A stretch of DNA of 64,000 nt from Eledone cirrhosa. Lineage: Eukaryota. Under the pieces are notes generated by a model. It was not told the origin of the DNA. It saw nothing but the letters and a program-made list of their open reading frames with translations, and ran no database searches. The stretch covers positions 86,180,001 to 86,244,000 of the forward strand of contig OZ024740.1 of assembly GCA_964016885.1 (NCBI GenBank), in the 5' to 3' direction. The position numbers and the translations under genes were made by a program. This document shows positions 49,213 through 62,609 of this stretch, piece by piece (position 1 is the stretch's first letter; every line of letters begins with the position of its first letter).

Positions 49213-52200
49213 AGGCGGCAAGTGAACTCTGTGAGACACAACAGAACCGCCATTTCTTCATAGAGGACCTCCTGTCTAGAAGAGCCTTCCTCGTAGACAC
49301 AGGAGCTTCGTGCAGTATTTGGCCTGTTAATTGTATGACAGTAACTCCTCCCGAGTCGTCGATTGAATTGCAAGTGTCAACCAGTCACCAATCCGAACTT
49401 TTGGACAGATCTCGCTTCCTCTCCAGTTTCGAAATCTTCGTCGGGATTTCAAATGGGTTTTCACTGTCGCTGACCTGCCATACCCGATTTTGGGCGCGAA
49501 TTTCCTGCACAATTTTTCTTTGACGGTGGACGTCCGTCACCAACGCCTAGTCGATGATATTACTGGTTTTTCTCTTTGTGACAGGACAGCAGAAATGTTT
49601 ACAGTTAACCCGACATTCTTCATCGGTAACTCCGGAAACCCATATCATGGATTGTTGAAATCCCGCAACTGACTCATGGAAATTTTAGAGTCACTGATCG
49701 AAACCACGCCACAGAGCATTTTATTACTACTACTGGTGCTCCGGTTTTTTCGCGTCCCCGTCGATTGCCAGCGGACAAACTGAAAGCAGCACGGTCCGAG
49801 TTCAATCATATGCTACAGCTCGGAATTATTCGTCCTTCCACGAGCCCGTGGGCATCTCCATTACATATGGTGCCAAAATCTTCTGGCGATTGGAGACCCA
49901 CAGGGGATTATAGACGATGGAACTCGATGACCGTACCGGATCGGCATCCTATCCCTCATCTGCAGGATTTTGCATCCTCGTTGCAAGGTTGTAACATTTT
50001 TTCGAAATTCGATTTGATACGAGCCTACAACCAGATTCCTGTCACCAAAGACGACATCCCGAAAACGGCTATAACTACGCCATTTGGATTTTTTGAATTT
50101 CTCACCATGCCTTTCGGATTAAGAAATGCTGCTAGCACCTTCGAGCGATTTATGGATGAGGTCATTCGCGGCCTCGATTTTGTATACACATATATTGATG
50201 ATCTTCTTGTTGCTAGCTCTTCCCCAGAGCAACATTTGCGCCATCTGGATCTTCTATTTTGTCGTTTGACGAATTACAATGTTCGGATTAACCCGATAAA
50301 ATGTGTTTTTGGTTCCGAATCTTTGAATTTTTTGGGTCACGTCATTGACGCTGACGGTATTCGACCTATTCCTGAGAGAGGTAAAGCTATAGAGGATTTG
50401 CTTCCACCAACCTCACTCCGTCATTTGCGCCAATTCTTGGGGCTGATTAATTTTTATAGGCGGTTTGTGCCTAATTGTGCTAAGTTACTCTTCTCTTTGA
50501 CAGAAATTTTGAAACATTGCCGAAAGAAAAATAAGGACATTTCTTTGAGTGAAATTCAACTCGAGGATTTTGAGAATGCGAAAATTGCTCTAGCCAATGC
50601 ATCTTTGTTGGCTCACCCAGTGTCCAATGCTAAGCTTTCGCTTTGTGTTGATGCGTCGGATACTGCCGTGGGCGCAGTTTTGCAACAAAGTAGGAATGAT
50701 CAACAACAACCGTTGGAATTTTTCTCCAGGAAGCTGAAACCTGCCGAAACCCGCTACAGCACCTTTGGACGGGAGTTGTTAGCTATATACTTATCGGTGA
50801 AGCATTTTTCGCACATGCTTGAAGGAAGAACGTTCACCATCTTCACGGACCACAAGCCGTTGACATTCGCCTTGCAAGCAAAGGCCGACAAATACTCGCC
50901 CAGAGAAACTAGACATCTCGACTTCATCTCTCAATTTACTAATGATATTCAACATATTCCGGGTTCTATGAATACAGCGGCTGACGCCCTGTCTCGTTTG
51001 CCGATTGCTTCGATCTCGTCGTCCGATAACGTAGATTTGAATCGCTTGACAGCCGATCAGCCTACCCTCGAATCGTTGGATGTTACATCGTCTGAATTTG
51101 TGAATTGCAGGATGAAATACCTACCATTATCGACTGCAGACGGACGGATCCTCTGCGACGTCTCTTTGGATGCGCCACGCCCTTTTGTTCCGTTGAACCA
51201 TCGTCGAACTGTGTTTCTTGTTTTACACGGTTTTTCACACCCAGGATCTTCTGCCACAGTAAAACTCATAACGGCTAGATTCTTCTGGCCAAATATGAGA
51301 CGTGATATTACTGTTTGGTGCCGTTTCTGTGTTGCTTGCTAGAAATCAAAAGTTCACAGGCATTTTAAGAGTCCTGTAGGTACTTTTAGTAACCCGGACG
51401 CTCGGTTTTGCCACATTCATGTGGACATCGTGGGACCTTGGCCAATCAGCGGTGGTCATAATTACATATTGACTGTTATCGATCGTTTTTCGCGATGGCC
51501 TGAAGCCATCCCCTTGAAAGATATCACTGCTGAGACGACAGCGCGTGTCCTTGTGTCTGGATGGATCGCTCGATATGGAATATCAACGTCAATTACCACG
51601 GACCGTGGAAGGCAGTTTGAATCGAATCTCTTCCATGAATTAACGAAAATCATCGGCGCTAAACGCATCCGAACGACTGCATATCATCCTGCTTCTAATG
51701 GAATGGTGGAGCGTTTCCACCGACAACTAAAAGCCGCTCTACGGACTTCTCCTGACTCTACGCGTTGGAGCGAGTACCTCCCTATTGTGTTGTTGGGGAT
51801 TCGGTCAACAATAAAGGAGGACCTTGGGTTCTCCCCAGCCGAATTATTATATGGTGCTCCTCTAGCGTTACCTGGGCAATGCTTGCCCCTGTCGATCTTG
51901 CTGCACAAGATCCGCTTTCCTACGTATCCCGTCTGCGTTCTTATTGACAGGACCTGCAGCCGAAGGATACGAGGAAGCAAACTGTAAAATCAGCAGCCCC
52001 GAGGGATATTGCCTCGTGGACCCATGTGTTTGTGAGAAACTATGGGGTGAGACCACCTCTCACACAACCATACTCTGGACCCTACCGTGTATTAGCTCGT
52101 TCCGAGAAACATTTCTCTGGAGACATTAAGGTTTCCAGAGAGACGGTTTCTATTGATCGACTCAAACGAGCACATTTGGACACAGACGCTATCACACCTG

Positions 52201-52340
52201 AGCCACAAACGCCCCCGTCTTTTTCTTTCGCACACTCACCTGTTTCCCCCCCCCCCTATCACCAAGATATAAGACTACGACCCGTTCCGGTCGGAGGGTT
52301 CATTGGCCCCAAAAAACTGTGTAGCACTGTATATTTTTAA
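49213..52340 (+). pseudogene. pol: Pol: protease (frameshifted), RT-RNase H (49765-51342), integrase (51343-52340, with stop and frameshift)
   Basis: [46 protein letters not shown]...[25 protein letters not shown]. Confidence 0.93.
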
Positions 52341-52814
52341 GCTGCGATTGTGCAGCGCTTTAATCCTGTATTTCCTATTTGAACTATTTGAACTTTTAAA
52401 AATCGTATTTACATTTTATTATAATTTGATATGATAACCTGTTTTGTTTATTGCTCTGATTAAAATGCTCATGTACATATAATCTCGAGGTATATTCTTT
52501 TTGCTTAATTGTTTACCTACACCTAACAACAAATAGAAGAGATGTCTAGCAGCCAAGCTAGGGAAACGAACTCCCCTCTAAATCGTAAAACAACGCAGCC
52601 TTCTAAAATGGTGACCATCTCTCCTAAACTAATAATAGAAATCGAATTTTTATATTTGTTTTACACGTGTGAGGGGCTAGCTTTGATATGCTTGTGTTTT
52701 TATCCTTATTTGGCGCTAGGATATTATTGATGTTATTTTATTTTCATTTTAATAGGAACTGCGCTCTGTGTAAGTGGGTGTACATACTATGCTGTTAGTT
52801 TATGTCCTGAATTC

Positions 52815-52935
52815 TTGGACTGGCACTTTCTTGATCTCAGAAGGATGAAAGGCAAAGTTAACATCGGTGGGATTTGTATTCAGAACAAAGTTGGAAACAA
52901 CATTACTAATCATTTTTTCGACTCTCTAACGACTC
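52815..52935 (-). mobile_element. SINE fragment
   Basis: aaggatgaaaggcaaagttaac. Confidence 0.65.
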
Positions 52936-53266
52936 GGCCAAAACCCCTCTTTTTCTATATCCATATTAATAAATACGAATTGTGTGCGCCTGACCGATGC
53001 TGCAGCTAAGTCAGAGGCGGGATATTACGCATCACTTTAAATTCAAGTGAGAAAGCAGGTTGCAACGATGCGAGGTCAAATTACCGCCCTGATGAACAAA
53101 AATATATTTTCCCGTTTTTAAGTAACAACATTCATGTGAATAGAATAAATGCAATTTCTGTTTCCAAATTTTTCTTTCAAAAACTATTATAGCCATTCAA
53201 CACAACCCTACATACATGTATACATATAAATAAATAAATATATGTTGATACATACATATATATATA

Positions 53267-53345
53267 TTGGGTCGTCAAGTATGAAATTTGTAGAGATTTG
53301 TTGAAAAGAAACGAATTTCTACAAATTTCATACCTGATGACCCAA
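53267..53345. mobile_element. About 80 bp palindromic mariner-type MITE
   Basis: ttgggtcgtcaagtatgaaatttgtaga / tctacaaatttcatacctgatgacccaa with TA flanks. Confidence 0.65.
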
Positions 53346-53465
53346 TATATATATGTATATACATATATACAATAAAAGAGAAAACACAGGTAAGCATTAA
53401 AAAAAGGATGTTATCCATGTATTTACGACCGTTTCATTGGTAAGCGCAACCTTACATAAGCGCAA

Positions 53466-53553
<88 letters not shown>

Positions 53554-54156
53554 ATATATACATATACGTTCACCCACACAACGACATACATAGATACACA
53601 CACACACGCACATTGTGTACAACAATGTCGGCAAACATTTTTCGATATCAAAGTAATCCTAAACAAATCCCAGAATCAGACATATCGTTGCGAGATCGTA
53701 TCGTTCATACATCATGAAAGAATATTTGCCCTATATTAATAAGTGATTCACTATACAGTGCCCTTCTAGATCAGAGGTTATGCAGTGTCCAAGAGCCGAT
53801 AAAAATGCGTATCATTAAAAAATCGATACGGATTCGAATCTCTTCGAATGAGCTGTGCTGTGCTGTTACAATCATGAATCGGCTTATTACCGGTTCATAT
53901 CAAAACTTTGGTTAATTAACTTGGAGTCAACATTTCGTTGAGAATAAAGTCGTCGTATGAAATCAAGTATACGCAAGATGGAATAAGTCTGTGCAAGGTC
54001 ATAGTATTTCCTTGTCAAAAAGATAGTTTTCTTTTCATACGTTTGTATACATTCATAAGTACATTAGGAAACACAAACATATATATATTTAGAGACGCAT
54101 AAAACCACCCAGAGGTGAACATTACACACACAAACACACACATATATATTTATTAC

Positions 54157-54243
<87 letters not shown>

Positions 54244-54298
54244 GTATGTATTTATATATATATATATATATGTATATGTGTGTGTGTGTGTATCTATG

Positions 54299-54363
<65 letters not shown>

Positions 54364-54368
54364 GTATA

Positions 54369-55185
54369 TACATCTATCTCTAACTAAACACAACCAACTG
54401 TCTAAAGTAAACTAAACATGTGCACACTGAACAGATGATTGCAACTGTATAACATTGTGTGAGTTAGACGCTGTATTTATACCAGCGATCTTCGTTACTT
54501 TAGTTATAACATACTCCCAGCTGCGCTGATTTGAAACTCCTGTTTAAGGTCAGATGTTTCAATATTTTATGTTTCCTAAAATTGAATTTTGACCATTGAA
54601 TATTTGACTTTGTATCACAAATAAGATTTTATTTGCTTGAATATGTGTATATATGCATGAACCTCGTTATGTATGTATGCACATGTGCATTAAGTCGGTT
54701 GAGTTCTTCGTTTTGGCGCTAATTCCATTGTTTGAATTCAACTACCAAAACCACGTATTATGGTCTGCGAGAGATTCTTCCTCTTTTCATTAGAAGCGGA
54801 GTAGGGGATCGCCATGAACTACAGGATAGATTATCAATAGTAACGGTTCTGTCACACTGCACGGAACTATCGTATGATTTGGGTAACTCAGCTGAAGACG
54901 TGTAATAGCCCGATTATGTAAATATCCGCTAATTTTGCGTCATTTTCTGAATATTGCATAAGCAATATCTATATTTGTCAAGTTATATTACACAGAAACG
55001 AACGTCCAGGAGAGAGATATTTACATCTATCTCTAACTAAACACAGCCAACGTCTTCAGTAAACTGAATATGTGCACTCTAAACAGGTGATTGCAGCTGC
55101 ATAGCTGCAATTCGCCAGATTCATTCAGCGAGCTAGATGCTGGCCGGGGAATGGTGTATTAATACCAACGATCTTCATTACGTTA
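54369..55185. repeat. Diverged partial tandem dimer (period about 650)
   Basis: tacatctatctctaactaaacaca...tgattgca at 54369 and 55022. Confidence 0.7.
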
Positions 55186-55346
<161 letters not shown>

Positions 55347-55374
55347 AAGTATTCATATATATATACGTCACAAC

Positions 55375-55505
55375 TCATTTCAACAGCTGAGTAAACTGTG
55401 AGATAAAGTGTTTCGTTCAAGAGACACAACGCATCACCCGGTCCTAGAATCGAAATCATAACTTCACGATAGTAAGCCCAACGCTCTAAACTCTAAGCAA
55501 TGCGA
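55375..55505 (-). mobile_element. Second tRNA-derived SINE family, fragment
   Basis: Minus strand has a tRNA-like head (ttcgattct) followed by a tgtgtctcttgaac core-like segment. Confidence 0.55.
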
Positions 55506-56260
55506 ATTCACATATATATATGTGTGTGAGTGTGTGTATGTGTGTGTGAGAGAGAGAGTGTGTGTGAGTGTATATGTGTGTGTGAGAGAGAGTGTGTGAG
55601 TGTTTTCTTTTTTAATGTATCTGTTTCTCTGTTATGTTAACATCCAAATAAGTGTTTATTAAGTGTAACATCGAATTCTTTTTTCCATGACATGATTCAC
55701 TGAGACAAGCATATTCTAACTATTCGTTTGAACAACTAGATCGTCTTATCATAAACAGTTCATGTGTCTAGATAACAGAACTGGCAACAAACAAGAGTGA
55801 GAGGCTATAGATAAGTATTGACATTCATTGCTACGTAGTTTATAATAATCCATACAATAGATGGACATGTTTGATATTTGTGAGTCTCCTTAACCCATTA
55901 GATCACAGGGGAAGTTACTTGGAGGTACTATCTTCATAAAGTATATCAGAAGAATCTGAATTTGCTGCTGTTTTACTTTATTCAAGTTATAGCCTCAGAA
56001 AATTGTTGAACACTTTTACAGAGTAAAACGTACATCAATTTTATAGTACGATATTACTTATAGCAATAATACCGACTTACTTTTGGTTTCTAATTACAAC
56101 TAATAAGACATAGGCAGGTGCATAACTTACTGTTATTGTGAAAGCATTATATAAATAATGGTGTCTTTGAGGCATATCTGACTGATTGTATAACTAATTA
56201 GATTATGGGGATATCGCTCGATGAATTTGTTGAATAACCACACACACACACACATACAAG

Positions 56261-56513
<253 letters not shown>

Positions 56514-56570
56514 TATATATATGTGTGCATCTCGATTCTGTCGATCGATTGGTTATTGATTAGGCGATAC

Positions 56571-56680
56571 CCGCTGATGAAGTCACATTCTCCGATTATG
56601 CATTGTTGAATAATATATGCAGACGGAGGGTGCAGTGCACCCTACTGCTGCATCAAGTGTGGCCGAAACTCGAGTCCGAG
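56571..56680 (+). ncRNA. Hammerhead ribozyme with a long stem II insertion
   Basis: CTGATGA 56574-56580, agtcacat/gtgtggcc, GAAA, palindromic CTCGAG, TC, short stem I. Confidence 0.7.
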
Positions 56681-56826
56681 AACTATTATAGGCACCCGGT
56701 TTCGTGTGTTGTATTGAAGCGAATAACTATGTGTATACTCTGGGAATGTATCTTACATTGCCTATTGAGTACGCTTAGATACAACCGATCCTGGCATTGA
56801 TAAATATGGTTGGTCCGTTAACTCCT

Positions 56827-56890
<64 letters not shown>

Positions 56891-56935
56891 TTACATACAT
56901 ATATATGTACTTATATACATATATATATACTTATA

Positions 56936-57342
56936 GAGAATTAGTATATCTACCAACATATGTGTACAGATGTATACCCATGCTAGCAAATATATATGTT
57001 ATGTCTAAGTACCTTTGTGGTTCTATGCCGAGGGATGCAGAACAATTATATGAAAGACGTAAATAAGAAAATTTTAAAAATTAAAAATTAACTTACTTAC
57101 TAGAATTTTCACTCCAACTAATTAGTTTCTGTAAGGGGATAAATATAGTTACGTAATATAACTATAGAGAATTCCTTACGTCATCAGTGAGTCTATAATA
57201 GACTCCCTGATGACGTAAGGAATTCTCTATAGTTATAGTACGTAACTATATTTATCCCCTTACAGAAACTAATTAGTTGGAGTGAAAATTTTAGTAAGTT
57301 AATTTGTAACTTTTAAAATTTTCTTATTTACGTCTTTCATAT
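56936..57342. mobile_element. Family D fold-back with a tail of about 110 nt
   Basis: Palindrome centred at gagtctataatagactc (about 57197). Confidence 0.85.
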
Positions 57343-57343
57343 A

Positions 57344-57413
<70 letters not shown>

Positions 57414-57934
57414 TATGTACTTATATACATATATATATATACTTATATATATATATATATATATATACTTATATACATATATATAGAGAGTATGGATTAA
57501 GTTCGCGAATGGGGCTGTGCATAAATATTGAAGGTCTGTTAGTGGCGAGCAAGACCAAATCGGGAAGTGAGCTATATGATTTTTTACTCACTTATCCCAT
57601 ATCAATAACTTGCAGAGGCAGTGAAGTAACAATGTATTTTTGCACACATTACAAAATATTTCATGGATAAAATCGAATCTCGAGTTACCATAGAAGTTTA
57701 CTGAATAAGCGTTCTGCAGCAAACTGTTTTCGTGGATCTACAAATGTCTTACTTAGAGTATTTCAGTCATTTACACGAATATCTGTAGGTGTATATTGTA
57801 AAATAGGTAACCGGTCCTTCGAATAACACATCTACTTCAATGTTTGAATAAACCACTTTCTTCGATTTTTTTCACACACTACTCTCTTTCCCTACCTTCT
57901 ATGTCTCTCTCTCCCTCTCTCTTTCTCTTTCTTA

Positions 57935-57989
<55 letters not shown>

Positions 57990-58204
57990 TTTCTCTCTCC
58001 CCTCTCCCCCTCTCTCTGCCCCCCCCTCTCTCCCCGTCTCATCTTCTCTCTTTTTTGTTGTGGTTCGGCAAATAGATATCGATACAAAAATAATAGGTTA
58101 CAATAAAAGAGTAAACGATTATATATTTTTTTAAATGTATATAAACCTAAATAGAATAAAGTTCGGCGACTGAAAGAGACTTTAAAAGATATGCGAAATA
58201 TGCA

Positions 58205-58880
58205 TATGTAATCATAGAGAAACCTTACGTCATCAGGGAGTCTATTCTCAGCTAAGTTCCTAGGCAATGCGTGGACACAAGGAACTCATATAAAAATAAT
58301 TCAATGGATGGAAAAAAGCGAGCGGGGACTAAATTCCAGGACATTGAAAAAATTCACTGCCTACTTGGTCAGTGGCAAATTCGAAAGAATCAATCACGTG
58401 ACACTGAGGTTAATCAGTGAGGAGTGGGATGTTATAAAGACAGGGGCCTGACCACTACCATGAACCATAGTAGTAATTTCGGCAAATTATTTGTTGAGTA
58501 AAAATTTACCGAAATTACTACTATGGTTCATGGTAGTGGTCAGGCCCCTGTCTTAATAACATCCCACTCCTCACTGATTAACCTTAGTGTCACGTGATTG
58601 ATTCTTTCGAATTTGCCACTGACCAAGTAGGCAGCGAATTTTTTCAATGTCCTGGAATTTAGTCCCCGCTCGCTTTTTTCCATCCATTGAATTATTTTTA
58701 TATGAGTTCCTTGTGTCCACGCATTGCCTAGGAACTTAGTGAGAATAGACTCACTGATGACGTAAGGTTTCTCTATGATTACGTTACGTAACCATATTTA
58801 TTCCCTTACAGAAACTAATTAGTTGGAGTGAAATTTTAGTAAGTCAATTTTCATAATTCTCTTATTTTACGTCTTTCATA
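58205..58880. mobile_element. Family D fold-back, longer arms
   Basis: Palindrome centred near 58495; right arm ends cgtctttcatata. Confidence 0.85.
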
Positions 58881-58892
58881 TATATATATATA

Positions 58893-59525
58893 AAGTTTAT
58901 CCCGGGTTCAATCGGGGGGTAACCACAGTAAGTAAGGTACTCAATACATAGCAGAGTATAAATATTTAATATAGAAAGGGTTCTACAGGACTAGAACTGT
59001 TTCATTTGGTAGAAATCATCAGCAAGCAGCTGCCCGAATAATATGGTGGTATTTATATTTTTTCTGGTGGTGATTGGGATGGGTGGAGGTCATTGGTTGA
59101 TGGGTTTTAAGAAAAGGGAATTCTTTAAAAACTATATTTACAATAACGAAGGCAGAAAGGATTCTATAAACAGGGTCACTCTGTGGTGCCACTCCTTATG
59201 TTTAAGGTTCACTTAAGCTAACAATGGATTTGGTCAGGTGTCTACAAGCTACCACCAGAAAAAACTATAAATACCACCATATTACTCGGACAGCTGGTTC
59301 CTGATTATTTCTACCGAATGAAATAGTTCTACTCCTGTAGAAGCCTTTCTATATTAAATATATATATATAAATATATGTATACATACATACATACATACA
59401 TATACATATAAATATTTTTTTTTAGTATAGAAGAGCTTCTACAGGACTAGAACTGTTTCATTCGGTGGTATGATTGAGTACCTTACTTACTGTGGTTACC
59501 TCCGATTCAACCCGGAATAACTTAT
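58893..59525. mobile_element. Family G fold-back (58893-59361) and a second rearranged copy (59425-59525)
   Basis: Inverted arms about 58960-59071 and 59251-59361, tail on the left. Confidence 0.8.
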
Positions 59526-59536
59526 ATATATATATA

Positions 59537-59946
59537 TATTGTTATACTTTGGGAGGGTCATGTTGCCAATAGGAAACACACGCACCAGTTGCTTTCACTT
59601 CAATTTATTATATATTTATAAATTTATAAATTTATAAATTTACAAATCTACAAACTTATAAATTATAAATTTCTGGTTGGTTGGTTGGTTCCACAACCAG
59701 ATAGTTGTTTATATATAAACAACTATCTGGTTGTGGAACCAACCAACCAACCAGAAATTTATAATTTATAAGTTTGTAGATTTGTAAATTTATAAATTTA
59801 TAAATTTATAAATATATAATAAATTGAAGTGAAAGCAACTGGTGCGTGTGTTTCCTATTGGCAACATGACCCTCCCAAAGTATAACAATATCGGTTTCAA
59901 CACACGATTTCAGATAAAGAATCTTGCTAAACAAATTCAGAAACGA
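59537..59946. mobile_element. Family A palindrome with no spacer, plus tail
   Basis: Centre gtttatatataaac 59707-59720. Confidence 0.9.
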
Positions 59947-59984
59947 TATATATATATATATATAGGAAAATGTTTAACACACAC

Positions 59985-60023
<39 letters not shown>

Positions 60024-60033
60024 GGAAAATGTT

Positions 60034-60125
<92 letters not shown>

Positions 60126-60938
60126 GTATATAGATATTTCTCTGAGGTGAAATGACTTTAATTTTTCTGGGTGCCTAATGAGAATCACAGAAAATTAAAT
60201 ATTTCACAACTAATTAATTATGTCAATATTATACCATCCCTTGTGAAACAGGTTTACGTTTTGAGTTTCGGACTGATCTACGGAAAAGGTTTGAATTTTG
60301 AAATTTAAACTTGTATAGGCACCAGGCCATTGCCGATATACGTCTGTGAGTATAGATATATTATTTTTTAGATCGATACAGGCAGACTATATGTATTTGA
60401 ATTAAGATATTTCATTCTAGTAAATTAATTGTCAACTTACAGTAAAAACACATAAGTGTTCTCATATATTTATTTATATTAACTTATATATATATATATA
60501 TAGGAAAATAAATATTTCGTATCTCCAAAGAAATACGATTTTAGGAAGCTGTAGCTATGCAAAGACCGGGGGCTAACGCCCTCTGGTGATGTCCAACAGA
60601 AGCAAGGGGGAAATCCTCTATGCATTTCAGGCTTAACTGGCCATCGTCAGGACGGTTCCTCCCACTGCTTGCGACTGCTGGACTAGAAGACAGGCGAGAA
60701 TATGTAGTTTTCTCGTCTGTGTAAATGAGGTGAATAATCTCATTTACATATGAAACTGTATAAGTTGGCTCAACGTATAATAGAAAAGAAATAGGATTTC
60801 GCTTCAAGCATAGCTTGATACAATATGTATAAATATTTCGTATCTCCAAAGAAATACGGTTTCAGGAAGCCGTAGCTATGCAAACACCGGGGGTTAACGC
60901 CCACTGGTGATGTCCAGCAGTCGCAAGTAGTGGAAGGG

Positions 60939-60982
60939 ACCGTCCTGATGATGGCCAGTTAAGCCTGAAATTTATAGACGGT
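60939..60982 (+). ncRNA. Minimal hammerhead ribozyme, family F (antisense copy about 60612-60656)
   Basis: accgtc-CTGATGA-tggc...gcct-GAAA-ttta-TA-gacggt; the other copy has palindromic TGCA. Confidence 0.85.
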
Positions 60983-61196
60983 TGTCCCCCTTGCTTCTGC
61001 TGGACATCACCAGAGGGCGTTGGCCGCCCGATGTTTGCATAGCTACGGTTCCTAAAACCGTATTTTCTCTCGATACATACATACATATATATATATATGT
61101 ATCCGTGTGTGGTTAACATCTGAGAGAAAATAGTACTCAATACCGAAATAGATTTGTTTAATATTCATTTTATGAAGGCTAAATAGTGTGTCTTGT

Positions 61197-61236
61197 TACT
61201 CTGGAGATTCGCCTGTTTATCACAGCGTCATCAGAC
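61197..61236 (-). ncRNA. Degenerate hammerhead
   Basis: CTGATGA-cgctgt/acaggc-GAAT-ctccagag-TA. Confidence 0.4.
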
Positions 61237-61516
61237 TGGTTATTGTTTGATGACCGTGTGATAAAGTGCTCAACAACGATTGATCCAAGTTCGTGTTGGT
61301 AATACAATCCAGAGCATAGGGAAGAGTAAGTATAGCGAAGGCCATATGAAGTTGTGCATAAATTCATTTAGCTATCGTACATATTTCGCCGGGTCAACGA
61401 TTAGTTGGTATGATTTCCACACATCCAACAGTCTGAGTTTATCAGATAACAATAAGAGATGTAAATCAGCAACACCTGATTTTTTCGATATGAAAGACCG
61501 GCGTATAGCTTGTTGC

Positions 61517-61519
<3 letters not shown>

Positions 61520-61609
<90 letters not shown>
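61520..61609. repeat. (TAA)n microsatellite
   Basis: Directly visible. Confidence 0.95.
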
Positions 61610-62609
61610 GGGGGAAGGGAAGAAGACGCACGAGGTGGTAGAAGGTCATAAAATCGCTCCCGTAAGTTTTTGATTTTTAACATATTTAAATCAATTGTGA
61701 AATAGCAATTCTTAGTACAAATGTTGCATAAGCCACCGAATGAAGTCCCATAAAATTTCGGATCCATATTATATTGTTGTATCGCTCAAATATTCAATTT
61801 TGTATTATATATTTTGTATTCAAAAAAATAAAATGGTTATAAATGGAAGAAAGCACCCTCTGTCTACACTATATAGAACAGCCAAATAACAGCAATTTCA
61901 CCAACACCAGAAACTTGATACACCACCTATCCCATCACACTAAATATAACAGCCAGATAACGGCAATTTCACCACCACCACCATCAATCCCGGCATGATA
62001 ATAATAATTACTATTATTATTGTCTCAAATTTTAACAAAATGTTTAATTCCAATTTTACGGGGATATGTCAACACAATATATATTAAACATACGAACACA
62101 AACTCATAGATACTACATATCACAAAACCCAGTAACCACAACGCCACCGCCGCCACCACCCCATCCATCATCTTGCTACCACTATCCCATCGCCGCCGCC
62201 ACCACTCCTTCATTGCTACCACCACTATTCCCCTGTTAACTTGAGAGAGAAAGGGGAAGGTGGCGGTATCACTAGACAAGCGAGAGGCTAGCAAAAGATA
62301 TAAATAGATTGACTTAGTGACCTGGCCACCGGCCAAACGTCAACATCAACAACTATGGGACTGCTGGCTCACCCCTTCCTCACCAACAATATAAAAATCC
62401 CCGGCACCACCACCGATATAGCCAACAACAATAACAGGCAACTACAGCAAAAAGTATATTATATTATTGTAATGCACTGGGTGATTGCTGGCCTTGTGCC
62501 TGGAGTGAGACAATTATTAATAATTTCATTCTTAAGCCACGCAATGCTCATATTAAGGAACCACTCATGATAATAACAATTTAAAAAAAAAAAACAACAA
62601 AAAGAAAAC

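Larger units (their letters stand above)
48030..52628 (+). mobile_element. Gypsy LTR retrotransposon, CsRn1-like, decayed
   Basis: About 200 bp direct repeats 48030-48231 and 52427-52628; PBS-like tggttgaccccga (tRNA-Trp complement with one extra base); gag-PR-RT-RH-INT order. Confidence 0.9.
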
